Below are positions 1 to 12,396 of a stretch of 64,000 nucleotides of DNA, one piece after another. The translations under genes were made by a program, and so were the position numbers. The DNA lies in NCBI GenBank assembly GCA_964057225.1, contig OZ059899.1:7440001-7504000 (forward strand). The letters run 5' to 3'. The notes under the pieces were generated by a model. The model searched no databases, was not told the DNA's origin, and saw nothing but the letters and a program-made list of their open reading frames with translations. Origin of the DNA: Auanema rhodensis. Taxonomy: Eukaryota; Animalia; Nematoda. The number at the start of each line of letters is the position of its first letter. Positions within the stretch are counted from its first letter, which is position 1.

Positions 1-3000
1 GATTCAGGTACAACTAGAAGATCATCTACTTTTTCTCTCATATGTGATACAACATTAGTCCATGTTTCTTCAACTTCTGGTGGGAAATATCCTTCACTAT
101 ATGTTTTATATAAAATTGAATTAAAATATTTTTGAAATCAGCTTACATTTTCATATCATTTAATAAACTTTTTAGTGTAAATGACATCATCCTTACGGTT
201 TGTCTTGTCTTAATCACAGGTATTACGCTAAAACCATCGTTGTTTTCTTTGAAATATAATCTTACAAAACTATTTATTATCTGTAAAATGTATAATATTA
301 TATTAAATTTTAAAAAAAATTAAACTATACACTAGTTAGTTTTTCAATTTCTCTTGTAACAGTTCTATAAGCTTCTTCACTATATAAATCTGGAGATATA
401 TGAGTTTCTTTTAACATAATATTAAAGAAATGTAAAACAGCCATACGAACACGATCATATGTTAACTAAATTATTATTTTATTTTTATTATAATCATTTT
501 AAAAAAACCTTTCTTTTTACTTGAGACTCTCTTAAAGTTATAATTGTAAGAGGTATGGCTCGTATTAATCGGAATGCACTACATGTTACTAATGAACCAA
601 TGAAAATATTGAAAACAATAGAACAAAAAACTAAAATATTACAAGAAAAAAAGATTTAAATAATTAAATATTTTCAAACTCACGATCTTGCTGTATATCA
701 TTATTTACACATTTTCCACCATCTATCATAAGAAAAACAGATATAAAAGCAATTGACATCAATATTGGAACAATTGAAGCAGGAACAATACCCTTTATAA
801 TAAACTAAAATATTTAAAATTTTAATTTTATATACCAAATAATAGCTTCCATATCTTTTATTCTTATATGATTGATGTACTATATATATCATTTCAACTA
901 ATGATGTAATCCATAATATCCAAAAATTAGCCAAATATATTGCTGCGGATGGAATTGGCTGAAATTTTAAAAACAATATGAAATTAATATAAACCTTAAT
1001 GATACTGTTATATAATAAGTCCATAGTATCATTACAGTAAATCCACATATGATAAATGTATGAAGAATCCACCATCTAACAATATATAAAATAAAATAAT
1101 TAAGATTCTATAGAAACATTTCTATTTTTCTATTTTTAATCCTTTCAATCGGTTTCATTTCACTGAATAATCGATGTTTTCCTATTGTACAAAATCTAAG
1201 AAATTCAGTACAAGAATATCGTTCAAGGCAACGCTGTGATATCATATAATAAAATATAAATTATGCTAATTGATAATCATACTTACATACAGTACTTCAA
1301 CAACTCCACTAATCCATTTTGTAAACAATGATGGTTCCATTATTGATAATTGATCTTAATTATAATAATAATATTAATTTTATAATGAATAATACCATAT
1401 ACCTTCAATATGGGATGGAATAATATCACCCTCATCGATTCCATGTTCAAGAACTGCTGTCAGTATATGCATAGTTTTACCGGACACAGCACCTTGTTGC
1501 CAATAGTCATATGCCTAAATCAAAATTTTTAAAGATTTAAATTGATAATTAAAATTACTCGAGCCAATAGCTTTCCATATAAAGCTGTTTTTGCATTCAT
1601 AGCATCAACTTGTTTCATCTGTATGGCATCAGCTACTACCGAATCCAACCATGAATTCGAATCTGAATCACGTTCATGCATCAACTATAAGATTCATAGA
1701 TTATATAAATAATATAATAAATCTTACATTCTTTTTTTCAATACGCTTAAAACAGTTGAGAATTTCTTTTTCAGCTACAACCCAATTGGTTCCAATGTGA
1801 TGAGCACAATTTTTTCTTTTCATATTGTGAAGTTTTTTAAAAAACTTCAAGAAAAATATAATATTATACATAATAATATAAATTACTTCTTTTTCTATAT
1901 GATTATTTATTCTTGAACATGTTTCCATTACATATCTTGAACGTTTTGTTGTTCCTTCTCTTGCTACTATAAGACGATAGGTAACTCCCTGAAAAATAAT
2001 TAAATTATTTTATTTATTAACGAAACTATAATAACTTGAAAAACCAAACATGTAACAGTTGTAGAACATGTCAATAAAAGTATTACTTTAGTATCATCCA
2101 AATCACCAACATCAACCTCAAAAACAATATATATATTATCTTAATTTCTTAATTTTTTATATTTATATTAATAATAACCTGAAAAAATATATATATATCA
2201 TAAAAATATAAATTACTTCTTTTGTTAACTCCATTGCTAGTAACAAGCCTAGAGCTCCTCGAAGGCCAGAGTAAGCTAAGAGAACAAAATCAGTTTTTGA
2301 TGGTCTATCATCTTTAAAACATGGGTATATCTAAATATTTATATTATTTATATTATAATATCCTGCTAATAATTAACTTTATAATATAAATATGTTGATA
2401 TAATACGTCCTAATAAAGGTATAGGTGATATAATAACTCCTTGAATAAGTGTATAAATATCATTACTGGCTATTTTCGCATATGATTTTGGCTGGGGATT
2501 ACCCTGAACATTGTTTTTTAAAAATAAAAAAATCTAAATTGTCATACGGATACGGTAAATATTTCCTTTCCAATTAAATAGCCGGCATATGAGAATATAA
2601 CATTATTCGCCCAATAGCCTAATGATTGCCACACCTCTATTGCTACTTGTGATGTTTCTGGAGACATAACTTCTCTATAATTCAAAATTTCATTATATGA
2701 TATACATAAATATTTAATACTTATTATAGTTTAATGTAACTCCAAAAAACATTATTCCCAAAGCTGGAGAACCATTGAGCTTATCACATGTTATAAACAT
2801 AATAAATACACATGACAATATTAATGCCTTCAAATGTATTTATATGATATACAATGAAATTATATATTTTAATAAAACTAACCTGTTTCTTTTTAGTTTC
2901 TACGATTTTACCGAGTATTCTGGTTAGAAGAGAAGCAGAAACAATTCCAAGTATTGGCGATAGCACGAAACAAGTAAGCATTGAAAATAATTGAGGCATA

Positions 3001-3925
3001 AGTTGTATGCTATGATTGACTGTCTCGAACTGTATTTAAACATGAACTTATAATTAATATATTATAATTATACTTTAAACATTTCTAATATTATTCTATA
3101 TAATGTTAAAGCTAAACCATCGTTCAATAAACTTTCACCCTCAATCATTAGCCGAAGTCTGTAGCATTTTTCATCAAATGATAACAATTAATTAACTTAT
3201 TACCTATGTGGAGCTCCATATTGCTCTAACATTGCAAGAACTGCTACAGGATCGGTTGCAACAATAATGCATACAAAGAGAAATACCTGAAAGTTATTTA
3301 TTCAAAAATAATAATGTTTACTTTTATTTTACAGCTGATATACACAGATTTTGAGTTGACATCAGTAGTGGTATCATAAGAGCTGATGATATCATTAATG
3401 TTCCAATATATATGAATACTGTTAATGATATCAACATTTTTAGTTTTGCATAAAATAGATGAGAATTGATTCGAAGAGCTGAATCAAAAATTAATGGAGG
3501 TAACATTAACTAAAAAAAATAATATTATATGTTATAGCTAATTAAATAATGAAATTACCAATAATACTGTTTGAGGATCTAATGTAATCCATGTGTATAT
3601 TTTATCTATTTTATTTGTGATATCAACTGCCAGAAATTTGTTTAACATAAAGCTTGAAATTAAATATAGTTAATAAAAAACAAATATAAAATAACCTGCA
3701 ACACATAGCAAAAACAAATTGAACAATACTATCAGGTAATCCAAGAAATTTTAAACGTTTATTAACCTATATAATTATATAAATATAATAATTTTAATAA
3801 AAATAAATTAATGTCATTCTTACCTCATCTAATATTAAGCCAATTATGAAAGCAGCACATGGAAATATAAACGTTTGTAGAAGCGTTTGATGATCATCAT
3901 GATTATCAATTGAATGATCCGTCAT
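1..3925 (-). CDS. SLC9C (sNHE/SOS1-type) Na+/H+ exchanger with VSD-like 4-TM module; multi-exon, 3' end beyond the left edge
   Basis: Spliced minus-strand exons give CPA1 motifs (MLPPLIFDSA, IVATDPVAVLAMLEQYGAPH, MIEGESLLNDG, AYSGLRGALGLLLA). These are followed by the SLC9C-type cytosolic helix (AYDYWQQGAVSGKTMHIL), four further TM helices ending in FRLIRAIP, then LTYDRVRM and VIKTRQTVRMM (cf. SLC9C1 SVKTRQAIRTIL). ATG at 3925. Confidence 0.85.
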
Positions 3926-4227
3926 AAAAACAAATTTCTACAATTATTTCTTTATAATTAGTCTTGTTTTTAATATATTTTTTTATTAATTTAAAGAAAA
4001 TATTCTTCATGTAATCAATATAAACATCACGTCTAACGTGATATAATATGCTAATTATCATTAATAATTTTGGATAAAAATGCAACGTAAACCCTATGTC
4101 TTCTATTCTGAAGAGCCCTCGTTTCTATTGAACTTTTTATCAGATTTAAGCAGTATTTCTTTAATTTTTGTTTCTTATTTCATATAATTTTATAAATATG
4201 CATGCATACATGCATATGTATACAGAC

Positions 4228-4285
4228 ATGCTATTCTTGACGTTCACATATAACATCAGAAATATATGAACATCAAGAATAGCAT
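4228..4285. repeat. 24-bp inverted repeat/hairpin in a divergent intergenic region
   Basis: atgctattcttgacgttcacatat, 10-nt loop, atatatgaacatcaagaatagcat; 22/24 complementary. Confidence 0.85.
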
Positions 4286-4587
4286 ATTATCTATTGGCTG
4301 TCATAGAATTTTATGAACATGTACATTTACTTGTGAAAATTTCGAAAAGCCTCGAAAGATGAATCTCATGAGCCAATGGCAATAGCCCGATAACCTGTGG
4401 ATATTCTCGTCCATCTCTAATCTAACATATATAATTATATAGGTTAGTTATATGATTAATTGGTAAGTTGGTTAACGTATAACATCCATATGACTTTTTA
4501 TTTTTTTCAAGTATTTGATATTAGTTCTATATATATATTTAATTTATTTGTTGTTAATTATATTATATTTCATATTCAGAAGTTGAC

Positions 4588-6805
4588 ATGAGCAAAAATG
4601 AGGATGAAAATCGTTTCAATCGAGTAGCTTCTGATTTCTATTCTAATGATTGGATAATGGCCGAAGTATTAAAAAATATAAAATCACATAAGGTTAAATA
4701 TTTTTCTTTTTAATTATTATTTAAATTTATTTGTAGGATAGATTGAATATTGAATTAAGTTCAAAACGATTGCTTTCTTTATCTCGAGATACACCATGCT
4801 ATGTCTCAAAAAGTTTGAGAATTTATCTAACATTTTATGAAGAACAAAATGGAAGAAACTGTAAAATAGTAGTAGAGAAAAAAAAAGGATTATATTATAA
4901 AGAAATTAAAGAACTTAAGTTCAAACGTAGTCGATCACAAATTGGTAAGTAAAAGAAAAGGATAACTATCATCTTAATTTTAAAACTTGTACAGGACAAA
5001 CATTAGGCATGATTGGACAACGTTATTATAATTTTATTACAAGAATTACTATTCATGAATCAATAGATGGTGAACTTCTTCGAATAATTAATAGATATTT
5101 CAAAAGAACTAAAGAACTATATTGTCATGGATTTACATCAGATGCAATAGAATTTTGTAAGTTAATATTATAATATAATTAAGATATTATATATGATTAC
5201 AGTACATTCAAATGATCATATGTTAGGCAAAAGAATAACAAAACTTGGTTTATACGATTTCAAGCTTCCTGCTAATGCTGGAAATGATGTTCTTGTACGT
5301 TTTTTTTATATATTATAGATATATTTTTACAACATTTAATAATATACAGATGCCATTTCGATCGTTAAATAAGATGAGCTGTAAGATCTATCAAGGATGG
5401 CCATTGAATTTATTATGTGATAACTTGGAAAAAATTCATAAACTTGATGTTATATCGATAAGGTATAGTTTTAAAAATTATGTCATATGTTAATTACAGA
5501 TATTTTAAGGCATTCTTGTTGCTTCCATAAGCGAGGAAAGAGCGAAGAATGTCCCGATTTCACAAAAGTTTCAGAGTATTGTAGAAGTTTGAAGTTTTCA
5601 GATCAGAATATATTATCACAAAATGTGCAAAAATATATTTTTCAAGTTCAAAATGTAATTTTTACATTAAAATGTACCATATATATCTATGGAATTCTCT
5701 TTCCAGTTAACTCATCTTGAAGTATGGTTATGGAGTCTATCAGAATCAGAAATTGTGTCATTTTTTTCAGGTATATAGGCATTTCAGCGTTATACAAAGA
5801 ATATTATATAATTTGTTTATATAAATTATTTTATTTTCAGCGCTACATATGGATCAGTTAGAGTCAGTCAGCTTGAATCGTTTATTCTTTAATGATAACA
5901 TATTATCAGCAATAAGATCATCTCATTCAAGAAATTCAAAATTATATGATTTAAAGATTGAGTATGTTTCTAAACTTGTTTTTATAATAGTTTAAATATA
6001 AATTTCAGTGGCTGGTATACATCTAATATAACTAAACAGTTGTTGTTAAGTATTTGTCCAAGTTCATTAAAGAAACTTTATATTAAACAATGTACTATCG
6101 AAACTGATGATCTATATTTACTTTATCAGGTTAGCATAATTATAATTATATTGAGTAAAATATCCATTGTCTTAAGAACTGCCCAAATTTAATCGATTTA
6201 CATTGTGATCCGGGTATTGAGTTCACATCAGCTAGATCTCAAAATCCACATGATTTTCGAGAGAGGTTTGCAGCTCGCGGAATAGATTTGAGCTCTGTAA
6301 GATAACATTATTCACTTGAATAATAAGATTTTGTATTTTAGGCTCTTCTTCGGTTGAAACAACTTCAGAACTTCAAAACAAAACTTCGCATGGAACCAGA
6401 ATTTCTTTCAATGCTATGTAATGAATTACCTGGAATTGTGAAAGCTCAATTTCCAATTCACAAAATTCGAAAGGATAAAGCTTTTGAATTAGTTAGTTAT
6501 ACTCAAATATTGTTATAATTTTTATTTTTCAGCTTAAAATGTTTTATAATAAAGTTAAAATTACCAAGAATCCGTACATTTTGGATTTTGAAGACAGCGA
6601 TATCGAACGAGAAATTGAAGAAAGGATGAACGCCTTGCCCAGATTTCCGTCTCATTTTCCATTCAGTAGTTGGGAATTATGTGAAACTTGGCATGTAGTT
6701 GTAGAAAACCCAGTACATCATCGTCCCACGAAACCAGTTGATTTCTCTTCCTCATTATTCTCCAGTCAATTTTGTTACTGTGATCGTATAAGCTCTTTAT
6801 TCTAA
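4588..6805 (+). CDS. F-box-like / leucine-rich-repeat protein (multi-exon)
   Basis: TTCAG acceptor precedes ATG 4588. The N-terminus DWIMAEVLKNIKSHKDRLNIELSSKRLLSLSR is F-box-like, and degenerate LRR-like segments follow (CPSSLKKLY, NCPNLIDLHC). Stop at 6805. Confidence 0.6.
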
Positions 6806-9800
6806 TCATTATATTACTTTACTTACTACAGCAATTTTCTTGTTAACCAACTGTATCATTCCATTTTTATATAATTCAGCATGGCTTGTAAGTATTTTAT
6901 TGAATAAATTAAATTTATTTCATTTAAAATAGAATCGAAATTTTGTCTCTTAAATAAGTACGAATTCAAATCGTAATTAACTGATATCTTCCTTCTTTCT
7001 CTTTCTCTCTCTGTCTCACTTTTTCCAAATTTTGGAAATAAAGAAGTGTATGTTGAAGGCAGGTGTTTAGGACAGTTTTGATTAAAAAAATCAATGCATC
7101 TTGATGAAATTCTAACATCTAGATCGGCTCATATCTTTTCATTCAATTACTCTTTCTCTCATTTATCTCTTGTCCTCTGCTCCATTCTTTCGATATTTTT
7201 CTACAAAATCTATCCATTTCTTCACAAAAAATGAGAGAAACCTATCAATGGGATGACTTGAGGTAGTTTCAAATTAATTGACTCTCGATCTACGGGGGCA
7301 GTCAGAGGACGATAAAACGTCTGGATAAATCCATTACAGCAAAAGTATTGCAAGAAGATGTAACTCAGTTTTCTCTTCTACAATATTTCTTTTCGTCTTT
7401 ATGACTCATTTTGCCCTCCGACACTTGTGAGAATAAATGGTTGACCACCAGAACTGATTTTTGCAAATTTTCGCAGAAAAGTGATTATGAGAGACATTTT
7501 GCGGTCTGATTAGACTTCTGTTTAACAAAAGTTTCAAATAAAAATTGAAATTATATTAAAATATTTGAAATAGGTAAGAATAGTGTTTTATAAAAATTAA
7601 AGTAAACAATTATATAAATTTAGATTGAATGCATAATCAATTCATGTTTGATGGCTGTTTTAATAAAAATTATTCAAAGAAGAATATTTTCTATCAGAAC
7701 GAACTGTCTGGAAAAACAGCAACAACAATCTATCGTTTTCAATGTAATTCTCATCTTCATTTCTTTCGATCTTTTCATCCAAATTTTTGCTGCTCTTTGT
7801 CTTTCGAATCTTCTTAGCAATTTCTTCTTCAAATTAGTTTCTCTGTTAGGCTTTATCTCTCTCTCTCTTTTTCTTTTTTTTATCCTCACAAGTCCTTTGC
7901 CGTCTTTTTTCGCCATTCGCCACAACGACTGCTGTTACTCTCTAACTTTTATTTTTATCTCTCTCTTTAACTCTCTCACTCCCTAGTCATTCTGATTTTT
8001 CCAAGTCCCGATGTAACAGTTGTCGGTCGTCGGCCATTCAGTCGGATAGTTCTACAACGTCGCCTTACTTCATTCATCTCCTTAACTTGGATGTTCATCC
8101 AGCAGATCCAGATGGCTAACCCAATCAGATCATATTTCAATACCCATCCGCCTGAGTATCTTACTAAATCAAAGAAAATGAATAACAAACCGCTTTTGTA
8201 TTTCTACAATTCAAGTCTTTTCGAAATGCATAGAAATTGAAAGGAGTATGTTATAAGTTAAATAATTAAGTTAGCTTATTACTATATTGTTTTCAATATT
8301 ATATAACATTCTTTGATACAATAGTCAGCTTTCAAATTCAATAAATATTATTTTTCTTCATATATTCATATCGTAAACTATCAACTAATTAATCTCACAT
8401 AACTTTTATTTTTACTTCATTTGACTGAATGATTTTCTATATAAAACAAATGTTTTTTTTCTTTGAAGATTTATCTAAAGTTTATCTTTCTTTCACAGTC
8501 ATTTTGACCTGACCATCCTCTTCTAGAGACCAAACCATATGTTTATCTTTTATGTATTTCAATCTTTTGTTCTTTTCTTCCATATGTTAAATATTTTTTA
8601 TTATTTCAACTATATCATATAAATTATTTGTTTATATAAATACTTTTTCAATGGCATATTTCAAAACTCTAATATTAACTTTGATCTTAAGAAGATTCTA
8701 GTCTAAAAGTCTTTACTAGTCAAAAAATTCTTTTCTAATCTATTGAACCATATATAGTATTATTTATTATAAATGTTCTCTAATTAAGATATTCTCTCAT
8801 CCAAAGATCTTTCCTCTTTCTTTATTCTTTACTTTCTTTATACTCTCTTTATTACTTATACTATTTACATTATGATTCAAGTCCTGGAGGTCAGCCAGTC
8901 CGACCATCATCATCAGCAGTACACTTATCCTCTTCTGTATAACTCCGCCTAATACCTAACTTGTCCATAATAATTATTGCATCATCTATAATATTGACTA
9001 TATTAATTATTATTTTTTCTTCTATTTTATATTAAATAAACTCAATATTCTGTAACAAAAAATTATTATGTTTCATTAAAATCTAAACTTTATTATTTTG
9101 ATATATTAACTTAAATAATATATAATATAACTATTTGAATAAATCAATAATTGATTAAGCAGTCTTGTAGTTTGTTCTTATTTAATGTTCATTCTTTCAA
9201 ATAAGAACTAAGAATTATTATACTATAATATATATATATATATAACTACTTATTTATATTCTTTTTAGTAATTCCTCATTCTTTTCCAATTAAATCTCTT
9301 ATAGTTTTCTGTCTTCTCATCTTATTCCTTGATTACTGTACTTGGGTAAATGCTTAAAATGGAAAAAAAGATAATGTAATGACTCATTATATCATTGAAA
9401 GCAAAAAAATTTTTTTCTTCGAACTATTTCAAACAGAAAATTCTATTATCCATCTGTCTATACTGTTAGCATATTCATCTTTATATAGTTCCTTAGTTTA
9501 TGTATGTTCTATGTCTTCGTAATGGCCTTTTCCGATTTTTTTGTTTTCTTTTTCGAATGTCTACCATCTTCAGTCATATGCAATGAATCAGAAAATTTCA
9601 ACTTTTTTTGTGTAAAAGGTTTTGGTCAGCAAAAATTTTCTTATTGATCTCTCAATAGTTACAAAGTATTATGATGTCATCATCATTTAAAACAGCAACA
9701 ATTTTACTATTGTTTTTGGATGTTTGCCAAATAGCATAGGTAATACTATTCTCAGGAAATTTGTTATAGCTAGATTATTCTTGTAAACTAAAGAGCAGAT

Positions 9801-11869
9801 CAATAACTGTTGGTGAACAAAATCATTCACAGTACGTGTATGGCATCTGTTGGCCCAGCAGCAACTCGACTCCAGACATGTCTACTTATTTCTTATCAAC
9901 TGTAGATACTAGAAGTAGGATATGTAATAGTTCACAAATTATTAATAAATAGACAATTATAGTTTATATTTTTGTGTTCAGTTTATTTTCTTACTTGATG
10001 AAGTAAGAAGAACTTTGTGAATCTACAGAATACGATTGTCTCAATCCAGCACCTGCGTCTTGAGAGAATAGGATAAACTTTTTTTCTTTTTTTTCTATGA
10101 ATATCTCCATTTTCTCTGCTTTTGATTCAATTTTCTGCCTCTTTTCTCTGTACAGCTGCCCATATGGTTTTTTAGAATTCATTCTTCTAAATTTTCTTTT
10201 CTCTCATTTATCTTATACTATTTCTTCTGCAGATGTCTTCACGTTAAACGACGTCGTGCTTTCTTTTCTCATCTACAGCTGCCACAGTCAAAAAGTTCTT
10301 TGGCGCTCTCATTAGTACTTTCTGGATATTCTCAACTCTCTTAAGTTGTCCTTATAACTGTAACTGTTCTCCCTCATTCTAGTGATCAAACTCGCTATAT
10401 ATTCATTACAATTCATGTATTTGATCGAATATTATCGCCTGAAATGATTTTGAATAAGTCGGTAATATACTTTAAGTTTTGCACATATTGTTTCTCATCA
10501 TGTTGACACAAATGATAACCCGTCATAAAATGCTTTGAGTAGAAGCAGTTCTTCTCGAGTCGGTATGTGGGGTCAACTACAGTTAGGACGAAAGCTTGAG
10601 TACGTGAACAACCTGTAATGTATGAATAGGCTACAAGACTCAGATAGAGAGTATGTATAATAGTGTTAAAGCTCAGGAGTGAGTTATGAGTTTCTTGTTT
10701 GATTTCTGTCTCTGTATTTTACTTACTATCTTTCTTTTCTCTCTCTTCTCTCTCACCTCTCTGTACGTTTTTAGAGCATTAGATGAGAATAGATTCGAAT
10801 AACTTATGTCTACACAAGCTCTTTTTCTCTTAGACTCTCTATATTTCTTCCATATCTCAACAGTTACTATGCCACCTTCTATCTATTGACATAACTCCAA
10901 CTGATGGTCAAGCCAATCTATTTGAGACGGATGGCACAAGGCCATTCGTCTATTACATGCACTTTCTGCTGACTTCATCATAAAAGTGTTCTAATTTATT
11001 TGAATTCTTTTCTCTAGATTTCTCTATACCTGTGATTTTTGCTAAATAAATTTTCGATTGAAATATTAAATTTGTTAAGAAATATATAGTATAATCTTAT
11101 TCACTTCCCCTATTCTATGCTACAACTTTCTTAGTTTTTTGTATATTTAAAAGAAAAGCTTTTCGTTAATGTAATTTATTATTTTATTTGTGAGATTTCA
11201 AAAACTTTTAATAATATTAATTGGTGAAAGTAAAATCTGTTCTTTTCATCTTTCTAAGAGATTATAACACATCATAATGTTGCCAATTGATATCTATCAG
11301 TGATGTGTTCATTTGCCGTTCATAATAAATGTCCAAGAATATAATATATCTATCTTGATTTCTATATATATATATATATATACAAAATAGAATGATAGAT
11401 ACCGGCTGACCCCTATTGATAACAACATTGCCCTCTTTCCTTTCCCTCTATCGCTCTTTTTCTTTTTTTCTCCTTTTTTTATCATTCATTTTTTGTTTCC
11501 CTCTCGAAACCAGCCAAAGGTGTTCTCATATCATTTGGCACTATTGATCTTATCATATACCAATATATCTTAGGCGTACAATTTTCTTTTTTTCACTGTT
11601 TTTTTTTGAAAGTTCCTAAGATTCACTATGATACATATTTCCTTTTTATCTTTTATTTTATATTTTTCATATAGTACTCATGTTCTTTCTCTTGATGTTT
11701 TTTTCTGTTACAAAATCTATGTCTGTTTATCAAGCACTTTTCTGAAGGCTATATCTTTTTTTATAATGAAAAAAATGATTTAACTGGCTTTTTTCAGTTA
11801 TTGATTGCTATAAAAAGTACAAAATCAAAAAAATGTCAAAGAAATAGTTGTATGATATGTATGTGAAAG

Positions 11870-11940
11870 AAAGAGAGAGAGAGAAATTAGAGAGAGAAAA
11901 GGAGGAGAGAGAGGAAGAATAGAGAGTAAGAGAGGGAGAA
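11870..11940. repeat. GA-rich purine tract
   Basis: Imperfect (GA)n run upstream of lam-2. Confidence 0.8.
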
Positions 11941-12396
11941 TGAAGAAGATAACATAAATTGCAACGATCTAATGGCATCTTTATCGAGCAAATGTTTACT
12001 TATCGTTCACTACACATGTCCAAAAGAGGGCTAAAGCATAAGATGAGCATAAAGCAAGAATAGAAATAAATAGAATATGGTGTCAATTAAAACGAAACCA
12101 TTTTTTATTTTATAATATATTAATGTTTATTTAATAATTTTTGTTCTAAAACTATGTATTATACCTTGTTTTCACGTTAAGTTGTTCTTCTTATACAGGC
12201 CCTAGTAGTTCATATCGGTATGAAAATCAAAATCATTTACCCTTTATCTTAAATTCTTCTGTAATTGACTATTTTTATTTCACTTAATTTTCAATTTTTT
12301 ATTTGATAGCTTTCTTTCTTTTATTTTATTTTATTTTATTTTTAATTAAATTTAGTTTTGTTTCAGTAAATTGGGCCACCGCGGGTAGCAAGTCCC

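Noticed and set aside
880-1076. Apparent frameshift/stop in the SLC9C VSD exons
   Set aside because: Using the GTATCA donor (47-nt intron) keeps the frame; the ORF-track frame at 701-1075 is partly wrong.
7259-7282. TGAGGTAG let-7-family seed-like start
   Set aside because: There is no complementary arm on either side to form a pre-miRNA hairpin.
7983-8240. Open frame in a GC-richer island upstream of lam-2
   Set aside because: No convincing splice partners or recognisable protein; more likely regulatory DNA.
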